Source of the DNA: Pseudomonadota bacterium
GTDB taxonomy: Bacteria; Pseudomonadota; Gammaproteobacteria; Burkholderiales; SG8-39
DNA length: 64,000 bases
Direction of reading: 5' to 3'
Assembly: GCA_040752005.1 (NCBI GenBank)
Contig: JBFMFX010000002.1
Coordinates: 64,824 to 128,823, forward strand
The notes below the pieces were generated by a model that saw nothing but the letters and a program-made list of their open reading frames with translations, was not told where the DNA came from and did no database searches. Shown here piece after piece: positions 1-10,679 of the stretch (the stretch's first letter is position 1; the number at the start of each line of letters is the position of its first letter). A program made the translations under genes and the position numbers.

Positions 1-1041
1 GCGACGCTGAACGCGGCCGCGCCCAAGGGCAAGTGGGTGGTGATCTTCACCTCCGGCCTGAACAACGTCTCGCCCGGCGACGGCGTCGGCTACCTCTACA
101 TCGTGGACGCCCAGACCGGCAAGATCCTCAAGCGCTACTCGACCGGCACCGGAAGCAGCACCACACCGAGCGGACTGAACAAGATCAACGCCTGGGCGGA
201 CAACGCGGCCTTCGACAATACCGCGCGCACGGTGTACGCGGGCGACGTCCTCGGCAATCTGTGGCGCATCCAGCTCGACGATTCGGTCGCAGCCGTTCCG
301 CAGCATTCAGTGACGCGGCTCGCGACGCTGGTCGACCCGAGCAGCGTGGCGCAACCGATCACCACCAAGCCCGAGCTGGGCGAGGTGAGCGGAAAGCGCG
401 TGGTGCTCGTCGGCACCGGCAAGTTCCTCGGCCTGTCCGACAAGGCCGACACCCAGCGCCAGACGATCTACGCGATAAAGGACGAAATGAACAGCATTGG
501 CTCGCCGGTAGTGCCGATTGTGCGCAGCGGCGCGTTTCCCACCTCCTCGATCACGGGCTTCGTGCGCCAAGACCTCACGGCGAGCCCGACCAACCCGGCC
601 ACCGAAAGAGTTACGACGACCAACACCGTGGACTTCGCCAACCCGACCGTGCTCGGCTGGTTCATAGACCTGCCCGACGGCGGCACCGGCGGCAACGGCA
701 CCGAGCGCGTCAACGTGGACCCGATCCTGCAGCTTGGCACCCTGGTAGTCGCCTCGAACGTGCCGAGCACCGACACCTGCACCGCCGGCGGTTTCGGCTG
801 GGTCAACTTCCTCGACTACAAGACGGGCGCATACATCCCCGGCGCGACCGCCAACATGGCGAGCACCAAGATCTCCGCCTCGCTCGTGGTCGGCATCAAT
901 GTGATCCAGCTTCCGGGCGGCACGGTGAAGACCATCGTCACCACTGCCGACAACCAGCAGCTCACCCGCGACACTCCGGTCGCGCCGACCTCGTTCGCCG
1001 GACGGCGCGTGTCCTGGCGTGAGATTTTCTTCGAGAGGTAG
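1..1041 (+). CDS. pilY1: Type IV pilus tip adhesin PilY1, C-terminal part (5' end outside the window)
   Basis: Frame 1 is open from base 1 to the stop at 1041. The sequence resembles the PilY1 C-terminal propeller domain (NKINAWADN..., YAGDVLGNLWRIQLDD, WVNFLDYKTG). Confidence 0.8.
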   Translation, partial: ATLNAAAPKGKWVVIFTSGLNNVSPGDGVGYLYIVDAQTGKILKRYSTGTGSSTTPSGLNKINAWADNAAFDNTARTVYAGDVLGNLWRIQLDDSVAAVPQHSVTRLATLVDPSSVAQPITTKPELGEVSGKRVVLVGTGKFLGLSDKADTQRQTIYAIKDEMNSIGSPVVPIVRSGAFPTSSITGFVRQDLTASPTNPATERVTTTNTVDFANPTVLGWFIDLPDGGTGGNGTERVNVDPILQLGTLVVASNVPSTDTCTAGGFGWVNFLDYKTGAYIPGATANMASTKISASLVVGINVIQLPGGTVKTIVTTADNQQLTRDTPVAPTSFAGRRVSWREIFFER

Positions 1042-1681
1042 CCTCGGCGCCGCGGGCATCGGCCCGCGGCTCGCCGGCGCGCTCATCGCGTCGCTGTTCC
1101 TTCACGCCCTCCTTGTAGGGAGCGTGCCTGCGCCGTTCGGCGCCCGCTGGGGGAGTCTCGACTGGTTCAGAGCGAGCGCGCCGCTGCGCGCGGCGCTGCG
1201 GCCCATGCCCGCGCAGGGCGCGCCGGAATCGCTTCTCGCCGCACAGCAGCCCGCGCCAGCGGCCCCTTCGCCACCCGCGCCTTCTCCGGCGCCAGCGCCC
1301 GCGGGCGAACCGCCTGCGGCGGATCCGCAGCGGGCGCTGCTGCCGCAGCCGCACTATTACCTTACGCGCGAGCTCGACGTGCGGCCAGGCATCATGACCC
1401 GCGTCGAACCCGAGTACCCGGAAGCGGCCGCGCGCAGGTTCCTCTCGGGCAAGGTGGTGCTTCGGCTCTACATCGAGGAAACCGGCGCCGTGGAGCGCAT
1501 CGAGATCCTTGCCGCCGATCCGCCCGGCTACTTCGAGGACTCCGCACAGCGCGCCTTCAGCGCCGCGCGCTTCACTCCGGGCATCAAGGACGGGCGTGCG
1601 GTACGCGTCCAGATGACGCTGGAGGTGAGCTTCGAGAACCCTCCCGCGCCCGCGCCGCCGGTCGCGGATCCCGGCCGGTAA
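1019..1681 (+). CDS. TonB C-terminal-domain protein (energy-transducer TonB family)
   Basis: N-terminal hydrophobic segment, then a Pro/Ala-rich linker (PAPAAPSPPAPSPAPAPAG), then a TonB_C-like domain (YPEAAARRFLSGKVVLRLYIEETGAVERIEIL...FTPG). The GTG start overlaps the pilY1 end by 23 nt, so the start is uncertain. Confidence 0.7.
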   Translation: MRFSSRGSLGAAGIGPRLAGALIASLFLHALLVGSVPAPFGARWGSLDWFRASAPLRAALRPMPAQGAPESLLAAQQPAPAAPSPPAPSPAPAPAGEPPAADPQRALLPQPHYYLTRELDVRPGIMTRVEPEYPEAAARRFLSGKVVLRLYIEETGAVERIEILAADPPGYFEDSAQRAFSAARFTPGIKDGRAVRVQMTLEVSFENPPAPAPPVADPGR

Positions 1682-1762
1682 TCTTGGCCGCGTCGGGCTC
1701 CCCGTCGCGCATTCCGCCTTGCGCCGCCCGCCCGATGAACGGCGCGGTCCCGCCGCGGCGAC

Positions 1763-2461
1763 TCAGCGCCCGGATCCGGACGCCTCCGGCGCCGCGTTTT
1801 CCCCTGGCACCGAATAGGCGCCGCGCCTGCGCGACGGCTCGCCCGGCTCCGGCGTCGCGTAGCGCCCGGCGGCCGAGGGCGTCTCTGCGGCAACGGGCTT
1901 CGCCACCGGCTTCTGTGCCTCGCCCGCCGCAGGCGGCACATAGCCCTGCGGCGGCACGGGTGCCTTCTGCGCGCGCGGCGGAAGGATACCTTCGCGCGGA
2001 TAGCCGGCGCTGTCGAGCAGGGCATCGAACAGTCCCTGCTCGAAGCCGCGCTGCACCGAACGCCCGACGACGAGCGTCGGCACTTCGGTCGCCCCGGACA
2101 CGCGTTTCAGCTCCTCGTTCGTGTCCGGATCCCAGACCTGCACCTCCCTGAACGGGATGCCCCGGCGGTTGAGCGCCGCGCGCGCCAGCTCGCACGGCTC
2201 CTTGCAGCCGGGCGAGGTGTAAAGCGTCACCGGAAAATCCTTCTGCAGGCGCGCAAGCTCGTAGGGCAGCGGCGCCGGCTCCGGCTTCGCTACCCGAAGC
2301 TCTCTTTTGCGCACGTCCCTCGCCCCGGGAGGAGGCGCATCGCCGTACTGCACGCGCCCCTTTTCGTCCACCCAGCGATACTGCTGCGCGAACGCAGCGC
2401 CGGCCGCAAACACGGCGGCGGCGAACGCGATCCGGCCGGCCGGCTTCATGCGCGAAATCAT
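1763..2461 (-). CDS. DUF4124 / glutaredoxin-domain periplasmic protein
   Basis: Signal peptide, DUF4124-like YRWVDEKGRVQYGD motif, and a C-terminal glutaredoxin-like fold (VTLYTSPGCKEPCELARAALNRRGIPFREVQV). Confidence 0.7.
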   Translation of the reverse strand: MISRMKPAGRIAFAAAVFAAGAAFAQQYRWVDEKGRVQYGDAPPPGARDVRKRELRVAKPEPAPLPYELARLQKDFPVTLYTSPGCKEPCELARAALNRRGIPFREVQVWDPDTNEELKRVSGATEVPTLVVGRSVQRGFEQGLFDALLDSAGYPREGILPPRAQKAPVPPQGYVPPAAGEAQKPVAKPVAAETPSAAGRYATPEPGEPSRRRGAYSVPGENAAPEASGSGR

Positions 2462-2473
2462 AACACCCGAGCG

Positions 2474-3415
2474 TCAGACCGCCGGGCGCGCCAGCTCGCG
2501 CGGCAGCGTGAACACCACGCCCTCGGTGATGCCCTTGAGCGAACGCACCTCGCTCGCGCCGAGCGACTTGAGCCGCGCGACCAGCTCCTCGACCAGCACC
2601 TCGGGCGCCGATGCCCCGGCGGTGACACCGACCCGGCGTGCCCCGGCGAGCCATTCGGCGCGCAGGTCGGAGGCACCATCCACCATGTACGCGCGCGCAC
2701 CGCTTTGCTCGGCGACCTCGCGCAGGCGGTTGGAGTTCGAGCTGTTGGGCGAACCGACCACGATCACCACGTCGCAGCGCGGGGCCATCGCCTTCACCGC
2801 GTCCTGGCGGTTCTGGGTCGCGTAGCAGATGTCGTCGCGCTTGGGGCCGCGGATCGCGGGAAAACGGCGCTTGAGCGCGGCGACGATGCGCGCGGCGTCG
2901 TCCACCGACAGCGTGGTCTGCGTGACGTAGGCGAGCTTTTCCGGGTCGCGCGGCGCGAGGCGCGCGACTTCCTCCTCGGTCTCGATCAGCGTGATGCCGC
3001 TCTCGGCCTGCCCGACCGTGCCTTCGGCCTCCGGATGGCCGCGGTGCCCGATCATCACGATCTCGTAGCCGGCGGCGAGCATCTTCGCCACCTCGACGTG
3101 CACCTTGGTCACCAGCGGGCAGGTGGCGTCGAACACCTTCAGGCCGCGGCGCTCGGCCTCGGCGCGCACCGCCCTGGACACGCCGTGCGCCGAAAACACC
3201 ACGGTCGCCCCGCGGGGCACCTCGTCCAGCTCCTCGACGAACACCGCGCCTTTGGCGCGCAGGCGCTCGACGACCGCGCGGTTGTGCACGATCTCGTGGC
3301 GCACATAGATCGGCCGGCCGAAGAGCGCGAGCGCGCGCTCGACGATCTCGATCGCGCGCTCGACGCCGGCGCAGAATCCGCGCGGGTTGGCGAGCAGCAC
3401 TTCCATGGACGCCAT
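2474..3415 (-). CDS. ispH: 4-hydroxy-3-methylbut-2-enyl diphosphate reductase
   Basis: Full-length IspH/LytB similarity ([41 protein letters not shown]). Sits in the conserved ribF-ileS-lspA-ispH order. Confidence 0.95.
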   Translation of the reverse strand: MASMEVLLANPRGFCAGVERAIEIVERALALFGRPIYVRHEIVHNRAVVERLRAKGAVFVEELDEVPRGATVVFSAHGVSRAVRAEAERRGLKVFDATCPLVTKVHVEVAKMLAAGYEIVMIGHRGHPEAEGTVGQAESGITLIETEEEVARLAPRDPEKLAYVTQTTLSVDDAARIVAALKRRFPAIRGPKRDDICYATQNRQDAVKAMAPRCDVVIVVGSPNSSNSNRLREVAEQSGARAYMVDGASDLRAEWLAGARRVGVTAGASAPEVLVEELVARLKSLGASEVRSLKGITEGVVFTLPRELARPAV

Positions 3416-3425
3416 TATCCCCCGT

Positions 3426-3941
3426 TCAGGTGCGCCGCTCGCGCGCGCCGTGCGCGCGCGGCAGGAAGCTCTCGACGATCAGCGCCGCAGCGCCCGCCGT
3501 GATCGCCGAATCGGCGACATTGAACGCCGGCCAGTGCCAGCCGCCGGCGTGAAAATCGAGGAAATCCACCACGTGGCCCCAGGCGAGCCGGTCCCAGAGG
3601 TTGCCGAGCGCGCCGCCGAGGACGAGCGCGAGCGCAGCGCTGAAGAGGCGCTTGCCGGCGTGGCGAACGAGCAGCACCGAGATCACCGCCGCCGCCACGG
3701 CGGCGATCGCGGCGAAGACCCAGGTCTGCCAGCCGGAAGCGGCGGCGAGCAGGCTGAACGCCGCGCCCTTGTTGAACACCAGCACCAGGTTGAAGAAGCC
3801 GGTCACGGCGACACTCTCGCCCGGAGCCAGGGTGGCGAGCACCGCGATCTTGGTCGCACGATCGAGCGCGACAACGAGCGCGGCGAGCGCGAACCATTTC
3901 GCCGCCGCCGCCGGCCGGTGCCGCGCCACGCCTTCAGGCAT
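3426..3941 (-). CDS. lspA: Lipoprotein signal peptidase II
   Basis: Four hydrophobic segments with LspA motifs ([22 protein letters not shown]). Overlaps the ileS stop by 8 nt. Confidence 0.92.
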   Translation of the reverse strand: MPEGVARHRPAAAAKWFALAALVVALDRATKIAVLATLAPGESVAVTGFFNLVLVFNKGAAFSLLAAASGWQTWVFAAIAAVAAAVISVLLVRHAGKRLFSAALALVLGGALGNLWDRLAWGHVVDFLDFHAGGWHWPAFNVADSAITAGAAALIVESFLPRAHGARERRT

Positions 3942-6735
3942 AGCGCCGCGTCTCGCCCGGCCCGCGGATGTTCGTGTCGCAGCGCCCGCACACGCCCCCG
4001 GCGCCGACGTCGGGGCGATAGTGCCAGCAGCGCGGGCATTTGGCGTGCGGGCTCGGCCTCACCTCGACCGAGGCGGCCGCTCCGTCGGCGCGGTGCACGC
4101 TGGCGCGCGAGGTGAGCATCACGAAGCGCAGGTCCTCGCCCAGGCGCGCGAGGGCCTCGTAGGTATCGCCCCCGGCGCGGATGTCCAGTTCCGCGGCAAG
4201 CGAGGAGCCGATCACCTTGGCGACGCGCTTTTCCTCCAGCGCCTTGGCGACCGACTCGCGAACACGCCGCACCGTCTCCCACGCCGCGAGGACCTTCTGG
4301 TCCAGCCCGTGCCCGGGCAGCCGGTGCCACAGCTCCTCGAAGATGCTCGACGCCGACTGGCGCGTGAGCACCTGCCACGCCTCCTCGGCGGTGAAGCTGA
4401 GGATCGGCGCCATCAGCCTGAGCAGACTCTGCGTGATGTGCCACAGCGCCGTCTGCGCCGAGCGCCGCGCGTGCGAGGCCGTGGCGCAGGTATAGAGCCG
4501 GTCCTTGAGGATGTCGAGGTAGAACGCGCCCAGCTCCTCGGCGCAGAAACCCTGCAGCCGCTGCGCGACCAGATGAAAGGCGTAGCGCTCGTAGTCGCGC
4601 ACGCACTCGCCCTGCATGCGCTCGGCGAGCGCGAGCGCGTAGCGGTCCAGTTCCACCATCCGCTCGACCGGCACCGCATCGCGCGCCGCATCGAAGTCCG
4701 AGGTATTGGCGAGCAGGAACCGCAGCGTGTTGCGGATGCGGCGGTAGGACTCGACCACGCGGTCGAGGATCTCCTTCGAGATGGACAGCTCGCCCGAGTA
4801 GTCGGTCGCCGCCACCCACAGGCGCAGGATCTCGGCCCCGAGCGAGCCGGCCACCTCCTGCGGCGCGATGACGTTGCCTTTCGACTTCGACATCTTGCGG
4901 CCCTCGCCGTCCACGACGAAGCCGTGGGTGAGCAGCGCCCGGTAGGGCGGCACGCCGTCCAGCATCGAGGACACCAGCAGCGACGAATGGAACCAGCCGC
5001 GATGCTGGTCCGAACCCTCGAGGTACAGATCCGCCGGAAAGCCGGTTTGGGCCGCGTGCGAGCCGCGCAGCACCGTGTAATGGGTCGCGCCGGAGTCGAA
5101 CCAGACATCGAGCGTGTCGCGGCTCTTCTCGTAGTGCGCGGCTTCCGCCCCGAGCAGCTCCTCGGCGCGCAGCGCCTGCCACGCCTCGATGCCGCCCTCC
5201 TCGACGCGCTTCGCCACCTCCTCGACGAGCTCCAGCGTCCTCGGGTGCAGCTCGCCGGTTTCGCGGTGAAGGAAGAACGGGATCGGCACGCCCCACTGGC
5301 GCTGGCGCGAAAGCGTCCAGTCTGGGCGGTTCTCGATCATTCCTCTGAGCCGCGGCTTGCCCCAGTGCGGGAAGAACTGCGTCGCCTCCACGCCGCGCAG
5401 CGCGGTCGCGCGCAGCGTCTCGGCGGGCTTTGCGCCGCGAAAGCCGGGCGGCTCGTCCATCGCCGCGAACCACTGCGTCGTGGCGCGCAGGATCACCGGC
5501 GTCTTGTGGCGCCAGCAGTGCATGTAGCTGTGCGTGAACCTCTCCTCGGCGAGCAGCAGCCCGCGGCGCGCCAGCTCCTCCACGATGCGCGGGTTCGCCT
5601 CCCAGATGGACTGCCCGCCGAAGAGCGCGAGCGTCGGCGCGAAACGGCCGTCGGCCTGCACCGGGTTGAGGATCTCCCCGTCCTTCATGCCGTAGCGGCG
5701 GCACGATTCGAAGTCCTCCACGCCGTAGGCCGGCGCCGAGTGCACCACGCCGGTGCCGGTATCGAGCGTCACATACTCGCCGAGAAACACCGGCGAGGCG
5801 CGCTCATAAAGCGGGTGCCGGAAGCGCAACCGCTCCAGCGCCGCGCCCTTGCACGAGCCGAGCACCGTGCCGGCGAGCCGGTAGCGCGCAAGGCACGCCT
5901 GGCGCAGCTCGGCGGCGAGCACGAGCAGCCCCTTCTCCGTTTCCACGAGCTGGTAGGTGAACGCCGGGTGGACGTTGAGCGCCTGATTGGCCGGAATCGT
6001 CCACGGTGTCGTCGTCCAGATCACCGCGTAGAGCGGCCGCCCGGCCGCGCCTTGCGCGCCGAACGCGGCGAGGATGCGCGGTGCGTCCTCCGGGTGGGCG
6101 GGAAACGCGACGTCAATCGCCGGGTCTGTGCGGTCCTCGTACTCCACCTCCGCCTCGGCGAGCGCCGAGCCGCAGTCGAAGCACCAGTTGACCGGCTTCA
6201 AGCCGCGGTAGAGGTAGCCCTTCGCGAGGAGCTTGCCCAGCACGCGGATCTCGTCGGCCTCGTTGCGGAAGGCCATCGTCAGATACGGGTTGTCCCAGTC
6301 GCCGAGCACGCCCAGGCGCATGAAGTCCTTCTTCTGCCGCTCGACCTGCTCGGCGGCGAACGCCCGGCACAGGCGCTGCGTCTCCTCCGGCGTGAGGTTC
6401 TTGCCGTACTTCTTCTCGATCTGCACCTCGATCGGCATGCCGTGGCAGTCCCAGCCGGGCACGTACGGCGCGTCGTAGCCCGCGAGCGTCTTCGACTTGA
6501 CAACGATGTCCTTGAGGATCTTGTTGACGGCGGTGCCGATGTGGATGTCGCCGTTGGCGTACGGCGGGCCATCGTGCAGCACGAACCGCGGCCGCCCCTT
6601 CGCCGCCGCGCGGATACGCCGGTACACGCCCTTTTCCTGCCATTGCCTCACCCAGTCGGGCTCGCGCCTGGCGAGGTCGCCGCGCATCGGGAAGGGCGTT
6701 TCCGGAAGATTCAGCGTCTTCTTGTAGTCAGCCAT
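3934..6735 (-). CDS. ileS: Isoleucine--tRNA ligase
   Basis: 933 aa with class I HIGH ([11 protein letters not shown]) and KMSKS motifs, plus a C-terminal Zn cluster (CPRCWHY...CGRC). Confidence 0.97.
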   Translation of the reverse strand: MADYKKTLNLPETPFPMRGDLARREPDWVRQWQEKGVYRRIRAAAKGRPRFVLHDGPPYANGDIHIGTAVNKILKDIVVKSKTLAGYDAPYVPGWDCHGMPIEVQIEKKYGKNLTPEETQRLCRAFAAEQVERQKKDFMRLGVLGDWDNPYLTMAFRNEADEIRVLGKLLAKGYLYRGLKPVNWCFDCGSALAEAEVEYEDRTDPAIDVAFPAHPEDAPRILAAFGAQGAAGRPLYAVIWTTTPWTIPANQALNVHPAFTYQLVETEKGLLVLAAELRQACLARYRLAGTVLGSCKGAALERLRFRHPLYERASPVFLGEYVTLDTGTGVVHSAPAYGVEDFESCRRYGMKDGEILNPVQADGRFAPTLALFGGQSIWEANPRIVEELARRGLLLAEERFTHSYMHCWRHKTPVILRATTQWFAAMDEPPGFRGAKPAETLRATALRGVEATQFFPHWGKPRLRGMIENRPDWTLSRQRQWGVPIPFFLHRETGELHPRTLELVEEVAKRVEEGGIEAWQALRAEELLGAEAAHYEKSRDTLDVWFDSGATHYTVLRGSHAAQTGFPADLYLEGSDQHRGWFHSSLLVSSMLDGVPPYRALLTHGFVVDGEGRKMSKSKGNVIAPQEVAGSLGAEILRLWVAATDYSGELSISKEILDRVVESYRRIRNTLRFLLANTSDFDAARDAVPVERMVELDRYALALAERMQGECVRDYERYAFHLVAQRLQGFCAEELGAFYLDILKDRLYTCATASHARRSAQTALWHITQSLLRLMAPILSFTAEEAWQVLTRQSASSIFEELWHRLPGHGLDQKVLAAWETVRRVRESVAKALEEKRVAKVIGSSLAAELDIRAGGDTYEALARLGEDLRFVMLTSRASVHRADGAAASVEVRPSPHAKCPRCWHYRPDVGAGGVCGRCDTNIRGPGETRRYA

Positions 6736-7669
6736 GTCTTGCGAACCACTCCCTTGCTCGTGCGGCGTCCTGCGCGATCGCCGCGCGCAGCGCCGCGAGC
6801 CCGGCGAACTTCTCCTCGTCGCGCAGCTTGGCGAGGAACGTCACCCGCAGGTGCCGGCCGTAGATCGCCCCGGCGAAATCGAACAGGTGCACTTCCAGCA
6901 GCGGCGCCGCGTCCGCCTTCACCGTCGGGCGCCGGCCGACGCTCGCCACTCCGCGCAGCACCTGATGTGTCTCTTCCAGCTCAGCCTCGACCACGTAGAT
7001 CCCGGCAAGCGGAGGCTTCCTGCGCAGCACGATGTTGGCGGTCGGAAACCCGATCGCCCGGCCGAGCTTCTCGCCGTGCGCGACGCGCCCGCTCATCGCG
7101 TAACGGCGTCCGAGCAGCCGCGCCGCGCGCTCGAGCTCCCCGGCGGCGAGCGCCTCGCGTACCGCGGAACTCGATACGCGCGGACTGCCCGGGGCGGCCT
7201 CGTCGCACACGTCCGGCATCGCCGCCACCTCGAATCCGAGCCGCGGGGCGAGCGCCTCGAGCTGCGCGAAATCGCCGGCGCGCTTCGCGCCGTAGCGAAA
7301 GTCGCGTCCGACGAGCAGCCAGCGCATGCCCAGGCGCTCGACCAGCAGTTCGTGCACGAAGCGCTCGGGTGCGAGCGCCGCAAGCCGGGCGTCAAAGCGC
7401 AGCACATGCACGCGCTCGATGCCCGTCTCGGCGATCAGCTCCAGCTTCTCGCGCAGGCGCGTCAGCCGCGCCGGCGCCGACCCGGGCGCGAAGAACTCGC
7501 GCGGATGCGGCTCGAAGGTCACCGCGCAGGAGCCCAGCCCCCGCCTGCGCGCCTCGGCGACCACGCGCTCGAGCATCGCCCGGTGGCCCAGGTGCACGCC
7601 GTCGAAATTGCCGACGGTGATCGCCAGGCGCGCGGCGCATCGCGGCGGGGTTCCGTGCGTGACGATCAT
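6728..7669 (-). CDS. ribF: Bifunctional riboflavin kinase / FMN adenylyltransferase
   Basis: RibF motifs ([20 protein letters not shown]). The tracked ORF extends to 7708, but the ATG at 7669 (MIVTHG...) fits usual RibF N-termini and leaves a promoter gap. Confidence 0.9.
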   Translation of the reverse strand: MIVTHGTPPRCAARLAITVGNFDGVHLGHRAMLERVVAEARRRGLGSCAVTFEPHPREFFAPGSAPARLTRLREKLELIAETGIERVHVLRFDARLAALAPERFVHELLVERLGMRWLLVGRDFRYGAKRAGDFAQLEALAPRLGFEVAAMPDVCDEAAPGSPRVSSSAVREALAAGELERAARLLGRRYAMSGRVAHGEKLGRAIGFPTANIVLRRKPPLAGIYVVEAELEETHQVLRGVASVGRRPTVKADAAPLLEVHLFDFAGAIYGRHLRVTFLAKLRDEEKFAGLAALRAAIAQDAARAREWFARHG

Positions 7670-7718
7670 CTGCGCACTAAAATGCTGAATTATAGTGTGA
7701 AAGCGCAAAGGAGCGACC

Positions 7719-8258
7719 GTGAAGACGCTCGAAGAGCAGATGGCGTTCTACGCCGCCTATCACCAGGACCGGCGCAACAAGGCGACCCACTTCGTCGGCG
7801 TGCCGGTGATCATCGCCTCGCTGATGATTCCTCTCGGCTGGCTGCGCTGGGAGCTGGGCGGTGCGAGCGTCAGCGCCGCGCTCGCGGTATCGGCGATCCT
7901 GCTCGCGTACTACCTCGTCCTGGACGTGCCGCTCGGCCTTGCGATGTGCGCGGCGTTCGCGCTGCTATTGGGGGCGACCGAGCCGCTCGCCCAGGCGCCT
8001 TACGCGACCGGCGTTGCCTGGTTCCTCGTCCTCTTCGTCGGCGGCTGGATCCTGCAGCTTCTTGGCCACGTCTGGGAGGGACGCCGCCCGGCGCTGGTGG
8101 ACAACCTCTTTCAGATCTTCGTCGCGCCGATCTTCCTCATGGCCGAGGTTTTCTTCGCGCTCGGCTACAAACCCGACCTTCACCGCGCGGTGCGGGAGCG
8201 CGCCCGCGACCTGAAAAGACAGAAATCAGGGTCGGACCCCGGTCTGACCCCGATTTAG
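7719..8258 (+). CDS. DUF962 (Mpo1-like) membrane protein
   Basis: GTG start preceded by AAAGGAG. YAAYHQDRRNKATHFVGVP motif and four hydrophobic helices. The last 12 codons are supplied by a palindromic repeat element. Confidence 0.8.
   Translation: MKTLEEQMAFYAAYHQDRRNKATHFVGVPVIIASLMIPLGWLRWELGGASVSAALAVSAILLAYYLVLDVPLGLAMCAAFALLLGATEPLAQAPYATGVAWFLVLFVGGWILQLLGHVWEGRRPALVDNLFQIFVAPIFLMAEVFFALGYKPDLHRAVRERARDLKRQKSGSDPGLTPI
8223..8256. repeat. REP-like imperfect palindrome (AAATCAGGGTCGGACC cc GGTCTGACCCCGATTT), copy 1
   Basis: 16+16 nt inverted repeat with two mismatches. It is related to the element at 19041-19075 and lies at a convergent gene junction. Confidence 0.75.
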
Positions 8259-9106
8259 CTCACGCGCGCGGAGCGGCGGGCGAGCTCGAGCATGCGCGCG
8301 CGGATGTCGTCGGCGTCGGCGGCATCCGGTGCGCGCCTGAGGTACTCCGCGAGATCCTTCAGAGCCGCACCCCAGCATTCGAGCTGCTGGTAGACGAGCC
8401 CTCGATCGCGCAGCTCGGCGACGGCGTCGGGCGAGACGATCAGCATGCGGTTGAGCACCTCCAGCAGCCGCTCCGGGCGGCTGCGTTCGAGGTAGATCCC
8501 CTTGAGGTTCCTCAGCAACCGGGCGAGGATCTGGCGCTTGCCGGCCGGCTCCAGAAACGGCTCGAGCGGCAGCTCCGCGGGCGCAAGCCCGCCGGAGGCG
8601 CCCGGCGGGATCACGCGCTTCAGGCGTTCGCGCAGGTCATCGGCCGACTGCGGCTCGCCGCCCGAGAAAGGATCGAGCACGAGCGTGCCGCCGCGCAGCG
8701 ACATGCGCACCAGGAAATGCCCCGGGAACGACACCCCTTCGAGCGCGAGCCCGACGCGCCGCCCGATCTCCATGTACAGCACCGAGAGCGTGATCGGGAT
8801 TCCGGTACGCCGGTCGAGGACCTCGTTGAGATACGAATTCCTCGGGTCGTAATAGTTCTCGGTGTTGCCGGCAAAGCCGAGCTCGTCGAACAGGAACTCG
8901 TTGAGCGCCACCACGCGCTCCTCCGGCGCAAGGTCCGCTTCCAGCCGCGAGCGCAGCCGGCCCGCCAGGCGCTCGATCTCGCCGAGGTAGCCCTCGACGT
9001 CGAGCCCCGGATACGCGTCCTCGGCGACGAGCAGGCAGGCGCGCGCGAGGTCAATCGCCGCCTCGTCCTGCGCCAGCAACCGCTCGAACGCCGCCAGATC
9101 GGCCAT
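8255..9106 (-). CDS. SirB1/YchA-like transglutaminase-like + TPR protein (UPF0162)
   Basis: YYDPRNSYLNEVLDRRTGIPITLSVLYMEIGRRVGL...FPGHFLVR is the typical core of this family. Confidence 0.75.
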   Translation of the reverse strand: MADLAAFERLLAQDEAAIDLARACLLVAEDAYPGLDVEGYLGEIERLAGRLRSRLEADLAPEERVVALNEFLFDELGFAGNTENYYDPRNSYLNEVLDRRTGIPITLSVLYMEIGRRVGLALEGVSFPGHFLVRMSLRGGTLVLDPFSGGEPQSADDLRERLKRVIPPGASGGLAPAELPLEPFLEPAGKRQILARLLRNLKGIYLERSRPERLLEVLNRMLIVSPDAVAELRDRGLVYQQLECWGAALKDLAEYLRRAPDAADADDIRARMLELARRSARVS

Positions 9107-9115
9107 GGCGCGAGC

Positions 9116-10654
9116 TTACTCCGCGGCGCGGCGCGAGAAGTCGCGCAACCGAAACCCGAACGCGGCCAGGCAGGCGCCATAGACCCCGACGCCGAGGGCG
9201 ACCAGCCCGGCCAGGCGCGCCACCCGCGCCTGCGCCGACGCGCCGAGCCACCATGCGCCCTCGCCCGCCCCGAGCCAGAGCGCCGCCGACATCGCCCCGG
9301 CGGCGAGCGCCGTCTTGAGCGTGAACGGCCCCCAGCCCGGCTGCGGCGCGTACACCCCGGCGCGGCGCAGGCCGCGAAAAAGCAGCGCCGCGTTCAGGCA
9401 GGCCCCGAGCCCGATGGCGAGCGCAAGCCCGGCGTGCCTGAGCGGGACGATGAAGGCGGCATTCATCGCCTGCGTCGCCGCGAGCGTCACCAGGCCGATT
9501 CGCACCGGCGTCGCCACGTTCTGGCGCGCGTAGAAGCCGGGGGCGAGGATCTTGACGAGGATCATGCCGACGAGCCCCACGCTGTAGGCGATCACCGCCT
9601 CGCGCGTCGCCCAGGCGTCGGCCTCCGAGAAGCGCCCGTAGTGGAACAGCGTCGCGACCAGCGGCAGCGCCAGCACCGCGAGCGCCGCCGCCGCCGGCAG
9701 CGCGAGCAGCAGCGCCAGCCGCAACCCCCAGTCGAGCAGCCGGCTGTATTCGGCGTGCGCGGCGCCGGCGTGGTAGCGCGCGAGGCTCGGCAGCAGGATG
9801 GTGCCGAGCGCGACCCCGAGCAGCGCCGCCGGGAACTCCATCAGCCGGTCGGCGTAGTACAGCCACGACACGCTCCCGGTGACGAGGAACGAGGCAAAGA
9901 TTGTATTGATGAGCAGCGACACCTGGCTCACCGACACGCCGAACACCGCCGGTGCCATCAGCGCGAGCACGCGGCGCATCCCGGCGTGGGCGAGGTCCAG
10001 CCGCCAGCGCGGCAGCATCCGGATGCGCGCGAGCGCCGGTATCTGTGCCGCGAGCTGCAGCACGCCACCGGCGAACACCGCCCAGGCGAGCGCGAGCACC
10101 GGCGGATCGAACCGCTCGGCGAAGACGAGCGCGCCGACGATGAACGAGACGTTGAGCAGCGCCGGGGTCACCGCCGGCACCGCGAAGCGGCTCCAGGTAT
10201 TCAGGATGCCGGCGGCGAGCGCGACCAGCGAGATGAACACCACATACGGAAAGGTGATGCGCAGCATCGTCACCGTGAGGGCGAACTTCTCCGGCTCGGC
10301 GGCAAACCCCGGCGCCGAGATCCAGACGATCGCCGGGGCGGCGGCGACCCCGAGCGCCGCGGTCGCCACGAGCGCAACAAGCAGCACCGTCGCCACGCAC
10401 TCGACGAGCGCGCGCACCTCCTCGTCCGATTGCCTGGCGCGCGCCTCGGCGAGCACCGGCACGAACGCCTGCGAGAACGCGCCCTCGCCGAATAGGCGCC
10501 GCAGCAGGTTCGGGATGCGGAACGCGACGAAGAAGGCGTCGGTCGCCAGCCCCGCGCCGAACACGCGCGCAATGCAGAAGTCGCGCACGTAGCCGAGCAC
10601 CCGCGAGACGAGCGTCAGGCTCGAAACCGCGGCGAGCGAACGCAGCAGGTTCAG
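9116..10654 (-). CDS. murJ: Lipid II flippase MurJ (MviN); start placed at CTG 10654
   Basis: Full-length MurJ similarity. Residues encoded from 10654 ((M)[25 protein letters not shown]) are collinear with the MurJ N-terminus. An in-frame TAA lies at 10682-10684 with no ATG/GTG/TTG between it and the CTG. GGGAGGGGGG lies upstream. The nearest canonical start, GTG 10600, would delete TM1. Confidence 0.85.
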   Translation of the reverse strand: MNLLRSLAAVSSLTLVSRVLGYVRDFCIARVFGAGLATDAFFVAFRIPNLLRRLFGEGAFSQAFVPVLAEARARQSDEEVRALVECVATVLLVALVATAALGVAAAPAIVWISAPGFAAEPEKFALTVTMLRITFPYVVFISLVALAAGILNTWSRFAVPAVTPALLNVSFIVGALVFAERFDPPVLALAWAVFAGGVLQLAAQIPALARIRMLPRWRLDLAHAGMRRVLALMAPAVFGVSVSQVSLLINTIFASFLVTGSVSWLYYADRLMEFPAALLGVALGTILLPSLARYHAGAAHAEYSRLLDWGLRLALLLALPAAAALAVLALPLVATLFHYGRFSEADAWATREAVIAYSVGLVGMILVKILAPGFYARQNVATPVRIGLVTLAATQAMNAAFIVPLRHAGLALAIGLGACLNAALLFRGLRRAGVYAPQPGWGPFTLKTALAAGAMSAALWLGAGEGAWWLGASAQARVARLAGLVALGVGVYGACLAAFGFRLRDFSRRAAE

Positions 10655-10679
10655 CGCCCCCCTCCCGACGCCCGGTGCG

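Noticed and set aside
3601-7620. Very long ORFs antisense to or out of frame with real genes. Examples: 3601-7620 (1339 aa), 6734-10495 (1253 aa), 56180-60325 (1381 aa), 11326-13251, 41424-43955 and 33725-36289.
   Set aside because: Their translations are Arg/Ala/Gly/Pro-rich low-complexity strings with no recognisable domains. They lie opposite genes with strong homology. Long shadow ORFs of this kind are expected in DNA of about 70% GC, where stop codons are rare.
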